Below the pieces are notes generated by a model. The model was not told the origin of the DNA and made no database searches. It was given only the letters and a program-made list of their open reading frames with translations. This document shows, piece by piece, positions 22,311 through 31,127 of a DNA stretch of 64,000 nucleotides (its first letter is position 1; every line of letters begins with the position of its first letter). Where the stretch lies: NCBI GenBank assembly GCA_963790025.1, contig CAWBMP010000004.1:1184001-1248000 (forward strand). Reading direction: 5' to 3'. Made by a program: the position numbers and the translations under genes. Source of the stretch: Nitrospirota bacterium. GTDB taxonomy: Bacteria > Nitrospirota > Thermodesulfovibrionia > Thermodesulfovibrionales > Dissulfurispiraceae.

Positions 22311-22482
22311 TGAATCAAGTATCCGAGGCTTCTATATCACACAGGAAATCGGTTCCGTTGCGGTGTCCACCTGAAAACCCGCGCGGCTGACATCCTGTCA
22401 AAGACGTTGAATGCCGATCGTAACATCTATTTGTGGCGATTTTGGGGTGAAGGGAAATGTAAACAATATAGACCTGACCCTC
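22311..22482 (+). pseudogene. Eroded, internally deleted remnant of a divergent RAYT-like Y1 transposase with its right end
   Basis: One frame reads IKYPRLLYHTGNR...VHLKTRAADILSK...CKQYRPDP, echoing IEFPGAFYH..RGNR and HVHLLIETPKAPLSK; ends AGACCTGACCC. Confidence 0.55.
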
Positions 22483-22493
22483 AGTTCTCTTTA

Positions 22494-22599
22494 TATCAGT
22501 GCTTTCAAGATTGTCAAAAATCGCAGAGAGTGAAAGAGGACGAAAAGCCATGAAACAAATATTTCACATGCTAAATGCATGAACGCAAGCCTGACCCCA
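22494..22599 (+). mobile_element. Orphan 3' fragment and right end of the RAYT-like element
   Basis: 106 bp matching 32009-32114 with one mismatch seen; GCAAGCCTGACCCCA at 22585. Confidence 0.95.
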
Positions 22600-22630
22600 C
22601 CAATCCACCCTCTACTTTAAAACTGTCTGC

Positions 22631-23383
22631 CTAATGGGGAAGCTTACGCTTGCACGTAAGTAAGTTAAAGAAATCTTGAGTATCGTTCACAATCATCTCC
22701 TGTATCGGTCTAAGCCACCCTTCAGGGCATCTTTTTTCCAACATGCATTGAGCAGAAAATCTCATAGGCCTTAATATAGGTTTTCGACCATTATGAAGTA
22801 ATTCCCATAACGTCTCATGCACTTTATTCAAAAAAATAAAAATCTTAGCCAATTCACGCACATTTGTTTTCGTATACAGATCGTGGATAGCTTTTGCATC
22901 AGACAGCTCTTTATGAGCAAGGATTTTGTGTCTTATAGCCTTGTAATTACTTTCGTAAATTTGGCGGTATTTCTTTATATGTTTTCTGATTCTACGGAAA
23001 TCCGTAACAGACGGTTCATAGGCCGTTTTTATGAAATTATCTGTATCGTAAGAACTTAGTCCTTCGCGGCGTTTTCTATCACCCAGCAAGCTTTTTGAAA
23101 AAATGTTCATATTGTTTTGTGCAGAAGCGATCAATCTATCAATATTGTGTTTGGATTTCTGATCAAAAATCCTTCCCAAGACAATAAAGAAACTGGTATG
23201 AAGTCCTCCTACCATTGTTAGCCAAAAAAGAGGAGAGCGGTTCACTTTTTCATGCGCTTTTTTATCGCGACCGATAATTGTGTTGATTGCCCAGTATGCG
23301 AAAAAAAACTGAATACCCGAATCCACTTCGGTTCTAAAAGTCGAAAGCTCATGCTCGAAAATTTGTTCCAGATCGTTAATCAA
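22631..23383 (-). CDS. HEPN (AbiU2-like) domain protein
   Basis: LGRIFD motif and Rx5H motif RHKILAH; low GC. Confidence 0.65.
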   Translation of the reverse strand: MINDLEQIFEHELSTFRTEVDSGIQFFFAYWAINTIIGRDKKAHEKVNRSPLFWLTMVGGLHTSFFIVLGRIFDQKSKHNIDRLIASAQNNMNIFSKSLLGDRKRREGLSSYDTDNFIKTAYEPSVTDFRRIRKHIKKYRQIYESNYKAIRHKILAHKELSDAKAIHDLYTKTNVRELAKIFIFLNKVHETLWELLHNGRKPILRPMRFSAQCMLEKRCPEGWLRPIQEMIVNDTQDFFNLLTCKRKLPH

Positions 23384-23588
23384 CCTTTAGTATGTATCCC
23401 TATCATTTATGGAAGGCTGAAATATATGCGCATTTTATTGCAGATTATGCGCAATCTACACAGAAACTCGCGAGTTATTACGGCCAGTCCAATTATGGAC
23501 AAACACAATGAATATTGCAATAGCTTTTTTAAAAAAGTCAGAACCATAATTTGTCGCACCGTGTAAAAGAACCATAATCCGTTCGCAT

Positions 23589-24659
23589 CTATATTTCCGA
23601 GTTAATTTTGTCCTTTCCTATTGCAAAAACACCAGTTGTTAAAGCATGTCTGTCTTTTTCTTTTATCGTCCGATTCGTTATCTTTGCCATAAAATCATTA
23701 CATAGAGACTCGATTATTTCTTTCTTATTTCCTATTTTAAGTTTATATGCTGGAGATTGACCGCATCCACAATTAATTTGAATATCTAAGTCCTTTTGAT
23801 ATGGTGGTTTCAGCGATAAATTAATAACACAAGGTTGATAGAAAGCCTCAGGTGCTAATCTCACCCCCGCTTCACTCATCATATGCAGTATGCGGCTGAA
23901 AGCAAAGTGACCATCCCATTTATTGGACTTAATCGGCTCAATGCTAAGAATGCAACTATCTCCCGGAGAATTTATGATAACCACGTTTATAAAAAGATCA
24001 CTTGCTACTCCTGGCCCTTTGTTAGAAAGTAAAATACCTATTTGCATTCCGATTGCATCACCACGCTCGGCTTCTATCCTTGCAGGCCCTACCGTGAACA
24101 TAGGGAAAACATTAGGTTGTGGTCTTCGTCCAAATAGGCCTGCTAATACAGCATGTGGAATATGCACAAAGCTTGATCCGGCCCTTATAAAATATTGGTA
24201 CTGATACTTTCCATTAAGAACTACTTGATGTGGAGCGTTATCACTTCGTGGAATGTAAGTAACAACATATCCCTCATCCGTGTCTTCAATATTGACTATA
24301 TGGCTTTGTATCCCTACATGTGGTGGAACTGTGCAACTGGATATCGCCCCCTCTATCCAACTAGCATATTTTTTTGTATCCAGAATGGGAAACCTTGATC
24401 CTGCTACATCAGCACCCTCTTTAGTCCGTGCGCAATCAACTCCCCATACAATCACGCCGCCTTCAGAATTTCCAAAGCCAGAAATTGCTTTAGCTAAATT
24501 CTCCCTATCGCTTGAATGAAGGAACTTGCCTGCACCTCGATCGGCGGACCTTTTGAAATCCAGAAATAACTCTTCATATTTTCTGGTAATAATGAACTCA
24601 TCAATAGCTTTGAATCCCTCTCTCCTGATCTTCTCAAATATATCTTCAGCTCTTCCCAT
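23589..24659 (-). CDS. Schlafen/AlbA_2 domain protein with unknown C-terminal domain
   Basis: E..FLDFK, AISGFGNSEGGVIVWGVD, APH, YFIRAGS. Confidence 0.85.
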   Translation of the reverse strand: MGRAEDIFEKIRREGFKAIDEFIITRKYEELFLDFKRSADRGAGKFLHSSDRENLAKAISGFGNSEGGVIVWGVDCARTKEGADVAGSRFPILDTKKYASWIEGAISSCTVPPHVGIQSHIVNIEDTDEGYVVTYIPRSDNAPHQVVLNGKYQYQYFIRAGSSFVHIPHAVLAGLFGRRPQPNVFPMFTVGPARIEAERGDAIGMQIGILLSNKGPGVASDLFINVVIINSPGDSCILSIEPIKSNKWDGHFAFSRILHMMSEAGVRLAPEAFYQPCVINLSLKPPYQKDLDIQINCGCGQSPAYKLKIGNKKEIIESLCNDFMAKITNRTIKEKDRHALTTGVFAIGKDKINSEI

Positions 24660-25220
24660 TAGTTTATCCTACCTTATAATGGTTGCAATCATATTTCGCG
24701 GTTAATAACCGCATCTTCATGTTTTCCTCTTTAGCTTAAATACTTCTCAAAATCATTCGTCGTCGTCATCTCTTCTTTATAGTGCTTTTACATGCTTTGG
24801 GACCCATCCCCGGTTATTGTGTAACTATGAATTAGAAAATGTCCATTTTGAGGGTCCTGGATGAAGATTACCGCTTGTATTCCGCACAATGACACGGATG
24901 GTCAGATGCATGTTAATCGGCTCGAATTATGAGCCACTATCGGCGTTCAATTTTAACGAGACCAACTTGTTATTTTATCTTTGATTTCAGGTCATGGTCA
25001 CAGATTTCGGTCAATGGGGTCAGGCTTGCATACGTGCATTTAAGTGTGTTATATCTTGGGATCATAGCAAGGCCGCCACGCATAGAATTTCCCGGAGCAT
25101 TTTATCATGTAATAGTCCGTGGCAATCTGAAGCAGGACATTTTTATAGATGAACAAGATAGGCTTGAGTATCTTGAGCGCATAAAACGTTATAAAGAAAA
25201 ATGCGGATTTATTTTTTATG

Positions 25221-26665
25221 TGTCGCGCCAAAATGATAATGTCCTATAGTACCAATTTAGAAATGTCCTATTGAGGTAATGCTATACTGCCTCTTTTTGA
25301 GAGGGAGGCGGGATGGCAGAAGGGGACATTATCATGGTACGGCAGAAGGAATTGAGGATATTGCATGTAATTCACAAAGTAATCGAAGGAGAGATAACTC
25401 AGAGGCTGGCAGCCGAAATTATTTCAATGAGTGAAAGACAGATAAGGAGAATAGTTAAACGTATAAGCGAGGAAGGGGATACAGGAATAAGGCACCGATC
25501 TCGCGGCAGACAATCGAACAGACAAAGGCCAAGGAAGCTCAAAGAAAGGGTTATCAAGTTATATAAGGAGCGGTATAAAGGATTTGGGCCTACTCTGGCA
25601 GCAGAAAAGCTCTTTGAGATAGACGAAATAAAGATAAGTGATGAGACCTTACGCTTATGGCTTATTGAGGCAGGAGAATGGCAGAAAAGACGAAAAAGAA
25701 AGATACATAGACAATGGCGTCCACGGAAAATGAATTGTGGGGAAATGTTGCAGATGGATGGCTCACATCACAAATGGTTTGAAGACAGAGGCCCACAATG
25801 TGTTCTAATGGCCTATATAGATGACGCAACGGGCAGAGTATATGGCAGGTTTTATGAATACGAGGGCACAATCCCTGCGATGGACAGTTTTAAGCGGTAC
25901 ATAAGGAAATATGGCATTCCTATGAGCGTATATTTTGATAGGCACAAGACCTATAAATCTTCATCTGAGCCCTCCATAGAGGACGAGATTAACGGCACTG
26001 AACCCTTGAGCGAGTTTGGCAGAGCATTGGCAGAACTTGGAGTAAAACGCATTCATGCTTATTCTCCTCAGGCGAAAGGGCGCGTGGAGAGGCTGTATGA
26101 AACGTTACAGGACCGACTGGTAAAGGAACTGCGACTGCGCGGAATCAACACAATAGAAGAAGCAAACATGTTCATGGAAGAACATTATTGGGCTGACTTT
26201 AATAAGAAATTTATGGTTCATCCGCATCATAAGGAAGATATTCATAGGGCTATTCCAAAGGGACTTAACCTCAACAGGATATTATGTATACGGTCAGAGC
26301 ATACAGTAGGAAATGACAATACTATACGGCACAATAAAAAAATCTATCAGCTTAAAGAGGCGTTTCCAAAGAAGACGAGAGTAATAGTCGAAGAACGCAT
26401 TGACGGCACGATGTTAGTAATGTACCAGGATAGGCGCATTAAGTATAAAGAAATTGATGCCCGGCCGGAAAAGATGAATAAAGAGAAAAGCACCATTAGA
26501 CGATATTCACAAAATAGCGTGCCGGCAAAAGATCATCTCTGGAGAACATCACAAGACCTTATATTCAAAAGGCAAGAGTTGAGGAAAAGGTTGAGGAAAG
26601 CAGCAGCGTAAAAACCGGACATTTCTATTTTGGTAAAAATAGGACATTTCTAAATTGGCTTGACA
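25221..26665 (+). mobile_element. IS1202-family (formerly ISNCY) insertion sequence, 1445 bp
   Basis: TGTC...GACA ends with repeated CCAATTTAGAAATGTCC-like subsites; 16-bp duplication GGATTTATTTTTTATG at 25205-25220 and 26666-26681. Confidence 0.92.
25313..26611 (+). CDS. DDE transposase (IS1202/IS481-like)
   Basis: N-terminal HTH, QMDGSHHKW, IDDATG, YFDRH, SPQAKGRVER. Confidence 0.95.
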   Translation: MAEGDIIMVRQKELRILHVIHKVIEGEITQRLAAEIISMSERQIRRIVKRISEEGDTGIRHRSRGRQSNRQRPRKLKERVIKLYKERYKGFGPTLAAEKLFEIDEIKISDETLRLWLIEAGEWQKRRKRKIHRQWRPRKMNCGEMLQMDGSHHKWFEDRGPQCVLMAYIDDATGRVYGRFYEYEGTIPAMDSFKRYIRKYGIPMSVYFDRHKTYKSSSEPSIEDEINGTEPLSEFGRALAELGVKRIHAYSPQAKGRVERLYETLQDRLVKELRLRGINTIEEANMFMEEHYWADFNKKFMVHPHHKEDIHRAIPKGLNLNRILCIRSEHTVGNDNTIRHNKKIYQLKEAFPKKTRVIVEERIDGTMLVMYQDRRIKYKEIDARPEKMNKEKSTIRRYSQNSVPAKDHLWRTSQDLIFKRQELRKRLRKAAA

Positions 26666-27966
26666 GGATTTATTTTTTATGCATACATCCTTATGACAAA
26701 CCATGTACATTTACTCATTGAGACCCCCAAAGCGCCTTTATCAAAGATAATGCAACTTATAAATTTCACATACACAAAGTATTTTAATAAGAAATACAAT
26801 AAAGTCGGGCATCTTTTTCAGGGCAGGTATAAGTCTTTTCTGTGTGACCGGGACGAATATCTTTTAGGGCTGCTCAGATATATACATCTGAATCCGGTAC
26901 GTGCAGGAATAGTAAGCAGACCGGAGGCTTACAAATGGAGCAGTCATAATCAATACTTAAAGGAAGGTAATGGGATAGTTGACGCTGACAGGGTATTAAG
27001 GCTTTTTTCGGAGAAAGTATCAGAAGCTAGGAAGCGATACAGAGGTTTTGTAAAAGAGGCGATAGGAGCTGAAAGAGAGGACTCTTTTTACGAGGCTGTA
27101 GATCAGCAGATAGTAGGAGGCGATAAGTTTTTAGAAATAATAGAAGATAAAATTGATGAATTGGACAGGCCGATAAGAAAGCTTACCTTGAAAAAGGCCA
27201 TAAAGGCAGTAGAGGAAGTGACAGGCGTACTTTGGGATGGGATAAGCTCCCGAAGCAGGAGGAAGGAAGTAATATTTGCGCGAGGATTATTAGTTGGGGT
27301 ATGGAGAGAGGCGGGGCATCGGATGGTGAACTTACAGCCCCAACTGAGGAGGGACTTATCAGTGCTATCAAGATTGTCAAAAATCGCAGAGAGTGAAAGA
27401 GGACGAAAAGCCATGAAACAAATATTTGACATGCTAAATGCATGAACGCAAGCCTGACCCCAGCAATCCCCAGAAGGAAAGTCTTACAATGGAAACAATC
27501 GGCTAAAGTGCATATTTCTGTGAGCAAGTCATTAACTGCCGAACTCGGAAAGAACGTGTGAAAATCAGCGCGTGAATAGCCTATAGAAATGATTGTCTTC
27601 AAGATGGCCGGGGTTGGAACGCATCCACCTGCTACTCCTCCATACTGCAAATAATATTGAATGAAGAGTTCCGATACAATGCGTCAAATTCTGGTTATGG
27701 CTAGTATTTCAAAAAGTAGCACCTTTCAGCAATCTTCCGACATTAGCATCTCCTTGATCGTAAAGAGTTAAATCAGTTCGGGTGAAGTGGTTACATTCAG
27801 CAGCTATACCAAAAGGGAACAATGAGCAACAAAAGTTGACAATACGGCAAGCAAAATTGTAAATTACTTCGTTTTGAAAACGATATGCATAAAAGTGTTT
27901 TTGCATTTCATCTAAAATTACTAGTCTGTATTTAGATAAATATATAAATGAAGATGGAGGGTTCAA

Positions 27967-28803
27967 GTGAAAAAACGCGTGTTGCTTCTTGTACTCATGG
28001 TACTGTTATCTAGTGGTATTGCGTATTCGGCAGATAGCACTGCACCTTCACAGACTTCCGGTGCCGGCAATTACGGTTTTTTCGTGAACCTTGGGTATGA
28101 CGGCAGCTACCTTGAATCCAAGTATTATTTGAGAAACGGAGCATATAATGGTAAGCTCAATGGCTGGCTTAACGGCATAGACGTTGAAGCACGCTATGAA
28201 ACGATAGAACTTTGGACTCGAGGTCGTTTTGAGTACAGCGGGTCCAGCGACGTCAAACTCACTTCTCCTTCAGGTGCAATATCCTATCCTGGCAATGAGA
28301 ATTTTTACAGGTATGAGCTCGCATTAGGCTATAAGGTCTTAAATCTCGGATCTTCTACCCTTACACCCTACGTAGGCTATGGGCACAGAAGAAATAATAA
28401 TGATAATGGTTCCTCTGCAGTAAGACAATTTTTTTACAGGTGGGATTATGTTCCCGTCGGATTGAACTATGTGTACAGTTTTAAGGGCTGGTCGCTAGGT
28501 GCTGATGCTGCACTGCAAGTACCCTTCAGTATATCGGCGCATGCCATCGACACGACTGGGTCAAAAGGTTCAGCTGATGTTCGTTCCGGAATAGGCGTCA
28601 AAGCCGAAGTACCGATAACTGTAGACATTTATAAGCCAAAGGCGACAGATAGACTCAAAGTACTCGGACTTTTCATTCCCTATTATCAATACTGGCGACA
28701 AGAAGCAAGTGATACCATAAATACAAACATCACTCATGGTTATCTCACTAAAGTGAGGACAAACGTATTTGGGTTTAAAATCGGCGCAGGTCTCAATTTC
28801 TAA
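27967..28803 (+). CDS. Secreted outer-membrane beta-barrel protein
   Basis: Signal peptide, LTPYVGYG, alternating aromatic strands, C-terminal GAGLNF. Confidence 0.75.
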   Translation: MKKRVLLLVLMVLLSSGIAYSADSTAPSQTSGAGNYGFFVNLGYDGSYLESKYYLRNGAYNGKLNGWLNGIDVEARYETIELWTRGRFEYSGSSDVKLTSPSGAISYPGNENFYRYELALGYKVLNLGSSTLTPYVGYGHRRNNNDNGSSAVRQFFYRWDYVPVGLNYVYSFKGWSLGADAALQVPFSISAHAIDTTGSKGSADVRSGIGVKAEVPITVDIYKPKATDRLKVLGLFIPYYQYWRQEASDTINTNITHGYLTKVRTNVFGFKIGAGLNF

Positions 28804-28822
28804 TGAGCACGGTATAGCCTTC

Positions 28823-28853
28823 AAAAAGGGCAGAGAATGACTCTGCCCTTTTT
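28823..28853. terminator. Bidirectional Rho-independent terminator
   Basis: AAAAAGGGCAGAG-AATGA-CTCTGCCCTTTTT. Confidence 0.85.
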
Positions 28854-29036
28854 GTGTTATTTGAGAACAAGTTCTTTCTCTGCACTGGGCGGTATTAATC
28901 TTTCGTCAGCTTACAAATGTAGGTGCAGACTTGATATGAACCCTGAGTATTTCCACTCGTACTCCGCAGCATATTCAGGATAGCCTCCAATGCGTGTTCC
29001 TGTGAGGACTTTTACATTGAGATAACAATAAAGATG

Positions 29037-29606
29037 TTAATCTGATGAATAAACCTTGAGGGCACTCCTCCACAAGTCGTCCTCTTCCCCGACTAACTCC
29101 CTGAGGTCGCGTCTGATTATTGCTTCGGAATTGTTTGTCTTTCGTATTCGTTCTGCTTTCTGGGTCAACTCGTTCGGTATATGACCCGATTTCTTCATCT
29201 TCTCTATTATGCTTCCGGTATCCTTTTCATAGCAGTTGTCAAATCGTATCTTCCTTACAAAAATAATTCTGCCGTGCATGCACATATGAGGTTCTATAAT
29301 CTCTCTGGACCTATTGAAACATCTCTGGGCATGTTCTGCCAGTTTGTCTGCTTCAGCGTTATCCTTGACAAGATTGTTATAGTCAACGATCAGTCCCCAA
29401 TTCTGGGACGGCAGCAGATATCGCTCAATGATTCTGATGGCAGATCCGATTCTATTAATGGAAAATGGGTCCTTATTGTCTGGATAAAATCTGCCCTCTG
29501 GGAGGCCGTCTGAAGGACACCTTCCAAGATACAAGACAAGTTCGCAATAGTTAGCCATGAAGTTATAAGGCAAATCCAAATGTATAACGTATAAAGTTAT
29601 TATCAA
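29037..29606 (-). CDS. Hypothetical protein
   Basis: 189-codon ORF; start uncertain (possibly MANYCEL); no family recognised. Confidence 0.55.
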   Translation of the reverse strand: MIITLYVIHLDLPYNFMANYCELVLYLGRCPSDGLPEGRFYPDNKDPFSINRIGSAIRIIERYLLPSQNWGLIVDYNNLVKDNAEADKLAEHAQRCFNRSREIIEPHMCMHGRIIFVRKIRFDNCYEKDTGSIIEKMKKSGHIPNELTQKAERIRKTNNSEAIIRRDLRELVGEEDDLWRSALKVYSSD

Positions 29607-29771
29607 AAAAGTCAGGCTACTTTTATCATATCACTTACCAAAATAATCCGTTACTTTTCATGAAATCTGGTGCGAGCAGAGTTCTTTGAGAAATGTTTCG
29701 ACTTCATCTTTAGCTCATTCCCTTATTCTTTAAGACTTAGCTTAATTTGACGTTGGATTTCGTATGGCTAA

Positions 29772-31064
29772 TCAAACCTTCCAGTTTTCCCTATCCATGG
29801 CAACTTTTTTAATATAGTCCCTTATCCATCCGCCGATAGCCCGTGAAAGATAAAAAGCGGGGTAAAGCAGGTCCTCACCTTTTTTGATCATCCCTTCTTT
29901 TTTGGCTATTGATTCGAGATCAGTTCCCGGATATATTCGTATTCCTGCTTTCAGAGTTACGAGATCGGGAGAAAGTTCCTCCACGAATTCTATGCTCCTG
30001 GTGACTGTCTCCTTTGTTTCTCCCGGCCCTCCGAACAGGAGAAAACATCCATACTTGATGCCATTGGCCCTCGCAAGCCTCGCAGCTTTTCTCACATTGT
30101 CGAGCGTGAAACCTTTCCGCAGGTTCTTTAGCATAAGTTCGTGGCCCGATTCATTACCAAGACTCATAAACCGGCAACCGGACTTTTCCATCAACTCGAA
30201 AAGTTCCTCATCGCCGAATGCGGGGTTAAGGATAGTCTGCCAGCTTATATTAAGGTTCTGCACTATAATTTCCCTGCAGAAATCCTTAGCTTGGGAGAGG
30301 GGGAAGTTAAAGATATTATCTACGACATAAAAGCGCCGGATATTTTTTTCTCTGTTCAGTGATACCATTTCACTGACGGACCCGTGCAGGTCCCGAGAGC
30401 GGCATTTTTTTCCTTCAAGCAACGGAGTTGAACAGTAGATGCATTTCATATGGCAGCCCCGTTTGGTCTGAACGGTTATCCCGCCCGGCAGTTCCGTCTT
30501 CGCCTCATGATAGGCTGTCGCATCGAAATCGGCGTATGCGGGAGATGACCACTGCTCAGGACGGGAAAGATATGTTGGACTATTCACTATAATTTGACCA
30601 TTCTTCCTCCAAACCGCGCCAGGAACTTTGTCGAAACTGCCATCCCGCATGGCATCGAGAAGCATGGGTAACGCCTCTTCTCCCTCTCCAAAAATACCGA
30701 TGTCGGCGCCAAGGAAGCGAAGGCAGCCGGAAGGATGTATATTAAATCCTGATCCACCCACTATGACAGGGGCGCTGCTCTGCGTACGAATTTCCGAAAC
30801 GACGTCGAGACTGCTGTGCAGATAAAAGACCGGATTACCCATGTCTTGGTTGTCGATATTTCTGATGGACAGCCCGACAACATGGGGACTAAAATCATTC
30901 AGGATGGAGCGCAATTCATTCTTCCAGTCTTCGAGAAACATAAGGTCGACCACCATCACCTCATGACCGGTACGCCTCAGAGCTCCGGCAATAAATGCGA
31001 GCCCAAGGGGAAACGGAGCAGTAAGGTCCATGATTCTGTTTTCGGATATAAGAAGTACTTTCAT
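29772..31064 (-). CDS. B12-binding-domain radical SAM protein
   Basis: PLGLAFIAG, GLSIRNIDN, RGCHMKCIYC (CxxxCxxC), GGPGET; TATAAT 6 nt before the ATG suggests a leaderless transcript. Confidence 0.9.
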   Translation of the reverse strand: MKVLLISENRIMDLTAPFPLGLAFIAGALRRTGHEVMVVDLMFLEDWKNELRSILNDFSPHVVGLSIRNIDNQDMGNPVFYLHSSLDVVSEIRTQSSAPVIVGGSGFNIHPSGCLRFLGADIGIFGEGEEALPMLLDAMRDGSFDKVPGAVWRKNGQIIVNSPTYLSRPEQWSSPAYADFDATAYHEAKTELPGGITVQTKRGCHMKCIYCSTPLLEGKKCRSRDLHGSVSEMVSLNREKNIRRFYVVDNIFNFPLSQAKDFCREIIVQNLNISWQTILNPAFGDEELFELMEKSGCRFMSLGNESGHELMLKNLRKGFTLDNVRKAARLARANGIKYGCFLLFGGPGETKETVTRSIEFVEELSPDLVTLKAGIRIYPGTDLESIAKKEGMIKKGEDLLYPAFYLSRAIGGWIRDYIKKVAMDRENWKV

Positions 31065-31127
31065 GTTTCTATTATAATAAAACAATTGTAATCCAGACGT
31101 ATGAAGGAAACAATGTGGTTGAAACAA

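Larger units (their letters stand above)
25015..27462 (+). mobile_element. RAYT-like HUH/Y1 element copy 1, disrupted by an IS (start codon ATA)
   Basis: Near-identical to 31128-32114 after removing the IS and one target duplication (987 bp); inverted ends at 25015 and 27448. Confidence 0.95.

Noticed and set aside
26660..27445. Independent transposase gene
   Set aside because: It is the 3' part of the IS-interrupted copy 1.
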